Below, one piece after another: positions 36,532-47,944 of a stretch of DNA of 64,000 nt (positions are counted from its first letter, which is position 1; each line of letters begins with the position of its first letter). Below the pieces are notes generated by a model. That model was not told the DNA's origin. It saw only the letters and a list, made by a program, of their open reading frames with translations, and did no database searches. The DNA is from Zygnema circumcarinatum SAG 698-1b (taxonomy: Eukaryota > Plantae > Zygnematophyceae): the NCBI GenBank assembly GCA_037447605.1, contig CM074810.1, forward strand, positions 558,001 to 622,000, in the 5' to 3' direction. The position numbers and the translations under genes were made by a program.

Positions 36532-38826
36532 TCAGAACAGCGCCCGGAGAACCGCCGCCTCCTCCGCCATTTCTTCGATGCTGCGAACCTTCCTCTCCTT
36601 ATCAAGGTCGAGCTGCTCACCCTTTTTTGCAAGTGCCTCGGCGTTCTCACCAATCTGCACTGGAAATACGTCAGAAAGTATATCTCTCTCCCGTCCCTCC
36701 TCTGTCCCCCCTATCCCCCTTCCCCTCCGTCTCCCTCTCCCCCTTGCCGCCCCGCTCCCACTACAGTACCTACTGCATCCCCTCACTCCTTCCTCGCTCA
36801 TCCTCTCCCACTTCCGTTTTGTTGTCTCCGTCTCCCTCCTCCCTCTTCTCCCAAGCACTTTTCCTCCTATTTCTTCTCCGTCCCCTCTCGATCCCCTTCC
36901 CTCTCTGCTTCTCCCCCCCTCCCCCCCTTTCCCCTCCCCACCTTCCTACAGTACTTCTTTCTCCCACTCCTCCCTCCGCTCTCTGCTCCCTCACCCTCTC
37001 CTCTTCACCTTTTCCTGCCTCGCTCCTCTCCATCTCCCTCCCAATCTTCTTCTCTCAACCTTTCCCTTCTATCTGCTCCCTCCTCCCCCACACTCTTTCC
37101 TTTCAAACTCGCCCACTCACTCGCCCACCCCACCCCGCGCCTCCCACCTTCGTGCTTTACTTGAGGAACAGGACGAAGACCAGCCATTCTGAGAAACACA
37201 CTAACTCCCTTCAGAAAAAAGAGAAAAGGAAACGTACCGCATCATAGACGTCATCATTTTTTTTGAAGTCGCCAGTTTTCCGCGGCAAAATATGAATATG
37301 AACATGGGGAACCGTTTGACCAGCTTGCGGTCCATCCTGCCAAAAAGAAGCGTCCCAACCCTAATCAAAATACTTCAAGACAGGCACAAAAGAATGAAGG
37401 AAGAAGGGGGTGGGGGAGGGGGAGGGAACCTTGACACGTTGAATTAAGGTGGGGATGATGCTATCCCAAAGCCATTCATTGAGAAAGTAAAAGACAATGA
37501 ATAAACATGTGATCAAAGACCTAAACAAACTAAAATAAAAACCTACCATAAATAGGGAAAAAAGCGTATTCAAACATAAACAGTAAAACTAAACTAAACG
37601 AAAAACATTGAATGCAACTACATTCTTGAAGAAAACTGACCTGAATTGCGAATGTGAGCGAAGTCGCCCCATAGTGCGGCTCTATCACTTTCCCGACTCG
37701 CTGCGCGACCAGCCACAGGTCCGCCGCCTCCTCCGCGCTGAGGTCCGCAAAGCGCGGGGCCAAACGGCGGGACATCACTAACACATGTGCGCGCGGATGG
37801 GTCAAGGAGGCCTCGGGGATTGCATTGCACGCCGGGGGGGGGNNNNNNNNNNGAAGGCGGGGAAGGGAGACGGGGGAGGGGGAAGGGGGGAGAGGGGGGG
37901 TGGGGGAAAGGTGGGGGCGGGGAGGGGGGAGGCAGGGATGGGGAGGGGAAAATTCTATACATTTCAAAACCTTAACTAACTTGAAACTCATGAAAAATGA
38001 AAAATGCGCAATGTCCCCATAAAATTAAAACGTTAAAATTTAAGAAAAAGGTGATTTAGTGATGAGGATATGGCCTGCATGAGAAAAGCACAAAACGAGG
38101 GATGAGCGAAAAAAATGGGGGAAAAAAAGTAGGGGTGGGGGGCGAGGGGAGGATGGGGGGGTGTAAAAATCCCAAACTAGAAAACAATCCTTTAAATATG
38201 TCTTGAAAGGTACCAGAAATGAAATTAAAGGGGTCCTAGAATTCGCAAAACCAAAATTCACAAAAGCTGAGTTTCTCGAAGAAAACCAGTTTTTTCGAAC
38301 CAGTTTCCGAACAACCCACCGGGAACAACGGGCTTTTCGTTCACAATGGCCACCGACAATGGCGTCTCAAAAAAAGCCTCCCTCGAATCCAACTTCCACT
38401 TCCCAAAGTAAAGCTCCGTGGAGGTCGACGCCTTCAAAAGAAAATTCCCCCCCCTCCCCCCCCCCCTCCTCAAAAAAAAAAGAAAACAAAAAAAAAATTG
38501 AACAATGCAGTAGCAAACTATTCAAAAAGAAAGAAAAATTAAAATAAATAAACAGAGAAGAAAAAAAGGAATAGAATACAGAGGGGTTCGAAAGTAGAGC
38601 AAGACAGCGTCAGTACCTCGCCCGCCATAGCGCGCGCTTGCAGGAATTTGACGTGATACTGATTTGGGATGCCACGTGTCAGCCTGCAATTGCGTATGTG
38701 CCAGCTGGGAGGCACGAGCTGGGCGAGCGCTAATAGCTGCGAGCCACGTGGCAGTAGATGAGTGGCGGAGAGAGGAGCTCGCACGAGCGGAGTCACCCTG
38801 GCGACGAGAGCTCCCGAGAGGGCCAT
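36532..38826 (-). CDS. FHIT: Bis(5'-adenosyl)-triphosphatase (Fhit, HIT family) with an N-terminal transit-peptide-like extension
   Basis: Exons give [114 protein letters not shown], including the HVHIH triad. Confidence 0.96.
37787..38071 (-). other. U12-type AT-AC intron in FHIT
   Basis: 5' end ATATCCTC at 38071-38064, branch site TCCTTGAC at 37808-37801, terminal AC at 37788-37787. No AG is available directly before the HVL codons. Confidence 0.88.
38072..38074 (-). other. 3-nt microexon (GCC) of FHIT
   Basis: Preceded by gttttgtgcttttctcatgcag and followed by the U12 donor. It joins G|GC C|AT to restore the conserved P-G-H-V-L. Confidence 0.85.
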
Positions 38827-40199
38827 GGCAGCCAATGGGAGGCGGCGAAAGGGGACCGAATTTCTTAACGGGGAAATTTGGTCGCAGTTTTACTGGATGT
38901 CGTTTTAAAAGAATGATCAACTGTCAACTCGGTTTGTGGGGACAAGAGATGTTTGTGGAGTACTTAATTTTTGTTTCAGAATGATGGCAATTCCAGTTCC
39001 AATGAGACCATAGTTTTTTTTTATGTACAGTAAAATTTCTATCGAAGTGGTGAGAATATTACAAATTTTAGGCCCCCTGAACTCGGAATGTGCGCCAATC
39101 CATCGTCAACCGTTGAAACAGATCTCCACCGTTCAATTACGCTAGAGTTAATCGGTAAGCGCACCACAAAACGTCCTTCCCTGTGTCCTTAACATTAAAA
39201 GGTACACTGATCTGTGCGTATAATGACCGTACATCATTTGTACAGTCTACAACACGCTAGTTCAAGTGGTAGAGTTACAGTCAACTGCGCACATGGCGCT
39301 TCGTTACAGAGGACGGAACAAGTGAACATGGAAATCGGGATCGCGCCGCCACCCGCGAACCAACGGTTGCCATTCGTTGGCTCAAGTGAACGGTTTGGAA
39401 GATGTTGATGCGACAATGTTGAGTGGAAATGTGTGGAGTCAAACTTGTTCTTGTTGTTGTTATTCTTGTAGCTATGTGAGTTATGTGTTGTGTGTTGTTG
39501 TATGTTAGCTATGTTAGCTATGTGAGTTGACGTTGTTGAAGAAGGCGCGGCGGTGAAGTGAAGGCCGCGAGCTGCATCCGAAGCGTCATGTGGTGATCCC
39601 CATGATGAGAATGTGCTCATGCAATTGTGGTGGAGTTCATGGAGTGAGATTGTCCTAAAGTGGAATTAGGAAAAGTATTTTAGAAAAACTTTTAGAAACC
39701 CTAAAAATTAAAAGGTTGAGAGAGAGACAAGCAGAACTGAACACGGAACTGCAACAGCAACACGAAGACGCAGTTCAGAAGATTGCAGAGAGAGATCGAG
39801 GACGGAGATCGAGTGATTCCCGTGGAATCGCAGATCTACTAGGCAGCATCCACATGGATCCGCACGATCGTAACCGCTCCTTTGATCCAGATCGACCATT
39901 GATCGGACCCTTCCCGATCGCCCCCATTCGCCGTACGCCGTAACAACCGTTCGTCCGTACTGTTCGTACTTTTTATTGTTGTACAGTACAGTACAGTACA
40001 GTACTGTATTTGATTCGTACATACTAACGGTTAACGGTTTTTATACATCCCGTTTAACTGGTTACATGGAACCGTACCGTTTGACATGACAGCGCTCAAC
40101 GGCCACATGGAGACTCTCTGAGCCTCTTCCTCTCAATGACGCTCGCACGTGCCAAGGGTGGCCAGGATTGGAGGAGGAAGGCTAGGCGCTGCCGTCACC

Positions 40200-43100
40200 A
40201 TGGCGAGAGTGGAGGGCGCAGGGAGCAGCGATGACGTCAATCCTTTGCCGCGGTATGAGCGTGGAATTTGAATTTTGGTGATTTTGGATTACAGTATGTG
40301 AGAATTTAAAAGATGTTTGTGAGGTTTTTTTTTTTTTTTTTTATTTTGAATTAAAATGTAAGAGGGGAAAGTTTTTCTCATCCACTTTGGTTTAGATCTT
40401 AAGAGGGTGAGGAAGGCAGGGCGGGGGGGGAAGGGGGGTTCTTGAATTTCTTTCCGTTCACTGTCTCTCTATCTCTCGCGCTCTCTCTCTCCCCCTCTCT
40501 CTCTCCCCCCCTCTCTCTCACCCCCTCTCTCTCTCTCCCCTTTTTTTCGCTCTCTCTAACCCCCCTTTTTCTCTCTCTCTCTAACCCCCCTTTTTCTCTC
40601 TCTCTCCCCCTCTCTCGCTCCCTCCCTCTCTCGCTCCCCCTCTCTCTCTCTCTCTCCCTCTCCCTCTCTAACCCCCCTTTCTCTCTCGCGGTGTCTCCGT
40701 ATGTTTTTTCCTTTCTTGATGGAAAGTAATTACATCATGGGGCCCCAAATTGCGTCGGTTCCCTTCAGTTTCCCCAATTTTCTGTTTCCATAAAATAAGA
40801 TAATCTGCGATTTATCAATTTAACGAAATCCCGCCCAATTAATTTATCGAAATACCAAAACCTCATTTAATCGTGTACNNNNNNNNNNCCCCCCCCCCCC
40901 CCCCCCCTCTTTTTTTTTTCTTAATTGCAGAAAAGAAGTTATTTTACTCGTGTGAGTACTCCTCTCACTTCCCACCTCAAAAAGTTACTTTCGAACTTCC
41001 ATCATTTATTCTAATAGTCAATTAATCAACGCTTACGCAAACAATATGATATTGCTCTTGCAATTCTCATTCTTTATCACTCTCTCTCTCTCTCCCTCTC
41101 TCCCTCTCCCTCTCTCATTCCTTGTGATGGGTTTTCGCAATTGATGACGTCAGATTGATCTTCACCGGCCAATCGGTGCAGCACTACACACTCATAACGC
41201 TGGTGAGATGACGTCACGTTCCAGTGATGTCGCCGCTGCTGGCGTCAGCATCGCCATACTTTTCATAACATCTAAATCCCAAAAATAGAATTTTGAGTTG
41301 ATCCTTTTTAATTCCTATTTTATGTAATCCTTTTTTTATCGTATGCCCAGCTTTTAATCCCCTCCTTTTTTTTCCACAATTGTAGTTAGTTCCAACCTTC
41401 TTATTATTCCTTTTCTCTAAATTTTGATCCAAATTTTTTTATTTTTCATTTTTCAGATGGTCTTCATGGTTGGATCGTACGACATTTCCGCAGATAAGAC
41501 AACTCTCGGACAGTACACCGGTTTAGCGGTAAGGCCCAATTTGGTAATTTTTTTCTACAAATTTAAACAGATAAAACATGAGAAAAAAATAGAGAAGGAA
41601 CATTGCCGCCAAAAGAACATCAATCCATGGTCTGATCTTCTCGTCATTTTTTTTCTTTCTTTGGTGGCCGTCTTTTTTTTTTGAAGGGTTTTTAGGAAGG
41701 TACATTTCTTTCTTATTCGTGCCATTCGATTTTCATTTATGGGCCTCACTCTCTCTCTCCCTTTCTCTCTCTCACTCTCTCTTTCACTCTCGCTCTCTCT
41801 CCCCTCTCTCTCTCTCTTTCTTTCTCTCACTCCCTCTCTCACTCTCGATCTCTCTCTCTTTCGCTCTCTCTCTCTCCCCATCGCCCTTCCCCTCCCCACT
41901 TCCCCTCGCACTCTCTGCTCTCTCTCTCGCTCTCTGTCCTCTCTCTCCTCTCTCCTCCTACATCATTCTGCAGCTTGGCATGTTCTTCTTCGCTGCATGC
42001 GCTACATCACTTGTGTGGGGATGCATCTCCGACATTATGGGTCGAAAGGTATGTAACGCATCCATCCCCACATACCTTTCTCCTCTTTTCTGAACATACC
42101 AAGGCTTGAACTCAGAACCTAAAGAACACAAACATCAACTTCAAACAAAATAAAACGGAGAAAAAAAAGGCGATTACGGATTACGGTAATTTCTTCTTGC
42201 TTTCCCATGTTTGTCCTTCCGATTCCGTTAAACGGAGAGGCGGTGTTCCATGTGTTGCTGCAGCCTTGCCTGGCCGTTGGGAGCCTGGTCTCCGCCGTGT
42301 CCATGTTCTGTTTGGCGTTTTCACGGAACTATGTGTTCACATGTGCGGTGCTTCTCACGTGCGGCGTGTTCAACTGCACGTTCGGAGTCATAAAGGCGAT
42401 CATGGGGGAGCTCTGCGACAAGTGAGTGGTCCCTAAAAGCCCAACACTTTCATGTTGCTAAGACCTTAACATTATGCAGGTTGACCCATTTCGGTTGGCA
42501 TTTAAAATTTGGGTAATTTCGGTAAAACCTACAAACTCTAACTCTAAACTCTCAAACTCTAAAAAAACCCTTAAAACCCTAAAAAGAAACCTAACAACCC
42601 TAACATAAGAAAACCCTATAAACAACCCTAAAAATCCCTAACAATCCTATAAACCCTAAGCAAAACCCAAAAAACCCTAAAAACCATAAAAACCAAAACC
42701 CTTTAAAACCCTAAAAACCCTCAAACCCTCAAAAACTTAAAAACCCTAAAAACATTAAAACCTTAAAACTCTATAAACCTTAAAAGCCATAAAAACCCTA
42801 AAAACCTTAAAAACCCTAAAAACCTTGAAACCCCTAAAACCCTAAAACCCTAAAACCTTAAAACCCCTAAAACCCTAAACATCGTGTTCCGTTTTCGTTC
42901 CGTTTCCGTTTCCGTTTCCGTTCCGTTGTGCAGAACCAACCAATCCAACGGCTTCGCGTACCTGACCGTGTCCCTCGGGGTGGGCCCCATCGTAGGGTCC
43001 CTCGTAGGGGGGCTCCTGGCGCAGCCCTGCACCCAATACAAGACCGCCACGTGTCCTCTCCTCCTCGAAAAATTTCCTTTCCTTTTGCCGTTCTGCTTCG

Positions 43101-44373
43101 CCGGAACGCTCATTTTTGGGACCTTTCTATGCGGGCTTTGTATCACGGAAACGAACCCACATGTGAAGCCACGTGGCTACGTCCGATTGGAGGATGAGGG
43201 AGACTCCCAACGACTGCCACGTGGCGGTGTGGGAGTGGTCAAAGAAGTTAACCTTGAACAGGGGGCGGCCGACATGGCTCTGAGGAGATCTTCGTCGTTT
43301 GCGGCACTAACGGACAAAAACGTGATTTTGGCGTGCTTTCTGTACGGAGTGGAGCAGTTCTGCGTGATCTATGCAGGTGCCGCTCGCTCCGTTCCGTTGG
43401 GAATAGGGCCTCATCTGTTATTTTTTTTTTTTTTTCCTTTGTCAATGGTTTTGTATTTTCACTAATTGACCTCAGGATTCTCTCTCCCTCTCGCTCTTCC
43501 TCTCCCTCTCTCTCTCCCTTTCCCTCTCCCTCTCGCTACTTCTCTTTCTCTCCCTCTCCCTCTCCCTATTTCTCTTTCTCTCCCTCTCTCTCTCGCTCTC
43601 CCTCTCCCTCTCGCTACTTCTCTTTCTCTCCCTCTCCCTCTCCCTATTTCTCTTTCTCTCCCTCTCTCTCTCCCTCTCCCTCTCCCTCTCGCTACTTCTC
43701 TTTCTCTCCCTCTCCCTCTCCCTATTTCTCTTTCTCTCCCTCTCCCTCTCCCTCTCCCTCTCCCTCTCCCTCTCCCTCTCCCTCTCCCTCTCCCGCAGAC
43801 ACCATCTTTTCGCTAATCTGCGCAACTGAAATCGCGAAAGGAGGCTTCGGCTACTCCTCCTCCTCCGTCGGCACCGCAATGGCGTTCTATGGCTCCGTTA
43901 TGTTCGTCTTCACGCTCGTTATCTACCCCGTTATATGTCGCCAGTTCGGCCCAAAACTGACCTTCACATGTGTCTTCGCCGCCTTCGTCCTCCTTTGGCC
44001 CTCCCTCCCTCTCGCCTCCCTCCTCCCTCTCTCCCCAAACCTAAAATGGCTCCTTGTCCTCTCCTATGTGAGTGGGAGAGCCATGTTTGGAGGGACGGGA
44101 TTCTCTATTGCTCTCATGTTTGTGAGCAACTCCTCTACCTCTCTCACTATGGGCACAGTGACAGGGTTCAGCGACACCTTTGGGAGCATTTTGAGGGCTT
44201 TAGCTCCCACAACGGCGGGGCTCATGTGGTCGAGTTCTATGCATTACGGATTTCCGTTGCATCCGTTCGCGCCCTCTCTGTTCGTGTCAGCTATTTCTCT
44301 CGCGGGATTCGTTGGGTCCATTTTTATCTCGCCCGGACTTGCCTCGCCTAAGCGAGACGAAACTGTTTTCTAG
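40200..44373 (+). CDS. ZIFL (zinc-induced facilitator-like) MFS transporter
   Basis: Exons 40200-40252, 40931-40951 (21 nt), 41154-41202 and 41457-41528 are in phase. Later exons give WGCISDIMGRK|PCL, VIKAIMGELCDK|TNQSNGF..GPIVGSLVGGLLAQP..KFPFLLP, GGFGYSSSSVG, and GTVTGFSDTFGSILRALAP. Confidence 0.88.
42525..42880. repeat. Degenerate AAAACCCTAAA telomere-like array in a ZIFL intron
   Basis: Directly visible. Confidence 0.9.
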
Positions 44374-44464
44374 GTAAATATGTAAATAATTTGAGGGTTC
44401 TAAAATAAAGGTGTGTGAGAGAAAGGTGGAGGGAAAGAGAGAGAGAGGGAGAGGAGGGAGAGCG

Positions 44465-44519
<55 letters not shown>

Positions 44520-45139
44520 AGAGGGAGAAAGAGAGAGAGAGAGAGGGAGGGAGATGGAGAAAGAGAGAGACAGGGAGAAAGAGAGAGGGAGAGCGATGTA
44601 TAGGGGATGTTCGTGTAGGGAGGGGAGGGGGAGGGGGAGGGGGAGGGCTCCATTAATATTTTATGTGCATATAGCCTCCGTTGAATGGTGTATGTACGGA
44701 GTCACATGTATAGCTAGGCTAGAGCAGGCTGTAAGTATACCGCTATATGTCAATATCTGAACCATTTTTTTCGCTAATTAGTTTTTGGCGAAAATCAATA
44801 AATGTGAACGGTGGTTCTCTCTGTACAACACTACATTTTTCGATTTTTCATTGAGAGAAGGAAAGGACGAGGGAGTGCGAGAGGGAAAGACGCCAAATAG
44901 AGAGATCGAGAGAGAGAGAGTGAGAGAGGCAGGCCGTTAATCATTCAAACTTAATTTACATGGACGTCAAACTGAAGAACCTGTAAGAAAAACCTTTTAC
45001 GCCCCAATGTTCAAAAGAATATTAAAAAAAATAAAAGAATGCCCGTACAGAAAACGAACCACAAAACTCATGTCGCCAAGAAAAAGCAAAAAAAAAAATC
45101 TGAACCCTAAATCCTGAACCCTAAACCCTTACCCTTGCC

Positions 45140-46705
45140 CTAATTTTTCCTCCGCGGCTTCTCCAGCACGCAGTTGAGGTACACATGCTCTCCGTCCCGT
45201 TCCGGGGCGTCAGTTTTGGGCGACATGTTCCAGTAGAGCTTCTTGTAACTGAACAGGTCCAGAACGGCGACATATAACGGCATCTCCGTTACAGGCGCAT
45301 AGAACAGTTCGAACCATAGAACCCCGCCAGGTCTCAGCACTCGATCCCACTCAAAAATGAGCTCCTCAAATTCCGCATACTCCAAATATTTGATGCTGTT
45401 CATCGAATGAATAATATCAAGCGTGTTATCAAAGAACGGTAACCGCGCTCTATGTGGAACGTGTAACGGAACTAAACCCCGTAAAGCGATCGTTTCCATG
45501 TACGGCAGTCCAGCATTGGCATCCCAAAGAGTCTCAATATTCATCGCCGTTGTAAGAATTGTGCAATTAAAAGCAGCCATTTTTGCAGCAAAACTTCCAG
45601 ACCCCCCCCCTGCATCGAGCCCTATCCTTAAAGCTCCCTTTTTCATAGCTGCAACTTTTTTAAGAGCTATGGTTCCATGCCGCTCTTTGACCCATCTCGT
45701 GTCTTCTAAAGTTAAATTGAAGCAATTTCGACAATCGCCCAAATTTCTCGTATTTATCGCGTTAAATGATTTATAGTGATGCAGGTCCCACCTCACATTT
45801 TCATCAATTAGGGCTGACGTGTCCCACAGGGAGCGAGGAAAAGGGAGGGGCTCCCTATAATTCGGGGGAGAGCGAGCAAAGCAGGTCCTTTTTGGGAGAC
45901 AAAAGCAATTTTTCACAAAAATTAGGGTTTGAACAAAGTACCAATCGTCGGGGCAGTCAGCTCTCGAAGTGTAATTTAAATACTGAGAAATTTCTTCATC
46001 AGTCGCTTGACAGATGGGTCCAAAACCTTTCACTTCTGCCCCGCCCCCTTTCGACTCGAAAGTTTTCTTGTACTGCTCCCCACAATTCAAAATAGCCTTT
46101 TTCGCCGCTTCAACCGCTTTTGGGGTGAGAGTTTTTTCGTTCCATTTATTCGATTTTTCGACTTCTATCATCATATTCGCCATCTTCACCTTCTCCTCCA
46201 TTTGCCGATCGAAGGCCATCTGAAGTTTGTGGAGCTTTTCCTTCAACTTTTCGACCTCTGCATCACCAGAAAGTGATGTAGCCGACGCTCCTGCATCACT
46301 CCCTCCTTCCCTATTACATACCTCTGCCAATTCCACCTTCAATTTCTTCTCGCATTTATCCAAAGCTTCAGTCTTCTCCTTCAATCTTTCCGAAATGCTT
46401 TCCAGCTCCGCTTTGAGCCACTCTGAGCCTCCGTCTCCTGTAGCTCCATTTTCCGTATTTTCCGTTGAACTAGCTGCATGGAACGGCTGCTCCTTCTCCG
46501 TCATCGTGGCCTTCGCCGCCTTCAGTTCGCTCAACAACCGGTCGAGCTCGTTCTGCATTTCTATGTGATCTCTGCGTGCCGCCGTTAAACTGAAATGCCG
46601 CTCCAGCACCATTCCCAAACTGAGCAGCGTCGCAAAAATTAGGGCGACAGTAACCACCTGGCTGATGTTGATCCCTCGGAAATTCGAGTTCGATTTCGAG
46701 TCCAT
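45140..46705 (-). CDS. Type-II membrane SAM-dependent methyltransferase (plant Methyltransf_29/DUF248-related), 521 aa, intronless CDS
   Basis: N-terminal TM and coiled-coil stem, then RIGLDAGGGSGSFAAKM, IALRGLVPLH, RLPFFDNTLDIIHS and FEWDRVLRPGGVLW. Confidence 0.93.
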   Translation of the reverse strand: MDSKSNSNFRGINISQVVTVALIFATLLSLGMVLERHFSLTAARRDHIEMQNELDRLLSELKAAKATMTEKEQPFHAASSTENTENGATGDGGSEWLKAELESISERLKEKTEALDKCEKKLKVELAEVCNREGGSDAGASATSLSGDAEVEKLKEKLHKLQMAFDRQMEEKVKMANMMIEVEKSNKWNEKTLTPKAVEAAKKAILNCGEQYKKTFESKGGGAEVKGFGPICQATDEEISQYLNYTSRADCPDDWYFVQTLIFVKNCFCLPKRTCFARSPPNYREPLPFPRSLWDTSALIDENVRWDLHHYKSFNAINTRNLGDCRNCFNLTLEDTRWVKERHGTIALKKVAAMKKGALRIGLDAGGGSGSFAAKMAAFNCTILTTAMNIETLWDANAGLPYMETIALRGLVPLHVPHRARLPFFDNTLDIIHSMNSIKYLEYAEFEELIFEWDRVLRPGGVLWFELFYAPVTEMPLYVAVLDLFSYKKLYWNMSPKTDAPERDGEHVYLNCVLEKPRRKN

Positions 46706-47004
46706 TGAAACAGATGATGATGTTTAACTTTTTAAAGTCCTGCTGAATTTAGAACTGACAAATGCCTGCATAAGTTTTTGGGGAAATGAAGGAATGGGTT
46801 GGTTCGAGTGCTCAGGATATGGTTGATCGTTTCAATATTTAGTTGGGTTTTTGTTTTCTGAAAAGGAGGAGATGTGACTCGGGAACAAACAGGCGCTGTG
46901 AGCCCATGATTAGGTTGGGAAGGAGAGGAGGGGAAAGGAGTGAAGGAGGGAGAGAGAGCGGAGAGGAGAGAGTGCGCCGGGAAGTGGCCAGGGGAGGAGC
47001 GAGA

Positions 47005-47035
<31 letters not shown>

Positions 47036-47944
47036 GGGAAGAGAAAAGAGTACCTCTTCAGCTCACTCCCACCTCCCCGCAGTAAAGTAGGCAGCATATC
47101 AGCCACGTGGCGCCTTTCCCATAGGCTCTTCATTGTGCCCTTAACCAGTCCCACTTCGCGCACATTTCAGAGTGTGGACACAGCGCAGTTCGCTCTGAAC
47201 CCCGAGCCCTGCCCGGCTACGACCACAGCGGTTCAGCCTCCCGCCCTTCCCAGAAACTTCCGACACGAGGTCGAACCGGGCGGCAAGGTTTTGGGTTCAG
47301 GAGGTTTGTACGGACGGCATTAATGAGGGGTTAAGGGCCAGGTTTGGTAGGGATAGGGATTTATCGTTTTGTGGAGTAGGGAAGGAACATGGAACGGAGA
47401 GTTCAGTTTTACGGGACACGGAACGGAGGGAATTAGGGTTTGGTTGAACGGAAATTTGAACACGAATTTTCGACGCTGTTTGGCCATGGAACTTACGGAA
47501 CTGGTGACTGTTCCGTGGAGCGTGAAGCATGGAAAAGGTGGGCCCCACGTGGACATAGTTTGACTTCAAGTTTTTGTGTTCCATTGCAAAATTCTCCTTT
47601 TTTCTTTCCCTTTTTTTTTTTTGGGTTTGTTAAGTACTGTTCAAATAAAGACTGTTTTGATCTCTGTTGTTTAAACAGTTTAGTTTAGTTTAGTTTTTCA
47701 TATCTACGTGTATGAGAAACGTACTTTCACACAATTTGATACCTTAGTTAATTGATTCTTGGCCACACGGATAAAATGTACAAGGAAGAAGCCGTCCAAC
47801 AATATTAAGTCAATCACAAAAAAAATATTTATTTACAATTGTGCGCCCTTTCTTTCACTCACCACTCTCGGAAGCATTAAACCAAAACCACCCTCCATTA
47901 AACCCTTGCCTTAAACCCCCTTCCCACCTTAAACCCATCACTCG

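Noticed and set aside
39234-39943. 128-aa His/Asn/Thr-rich minus ORF and GATC-rich 75-aa plus ORF between FHIT and ZIFL
   Set aside because: Low complexity and no domain. A lncRNA cannot be excluded, but nothing in the sequence supports a call.
45140-46705. HGT origin for the intronless methyltransferase
   Set aside because: It matches an established plant Golgi-type family throughout, so lack of introns alone is not evidence.
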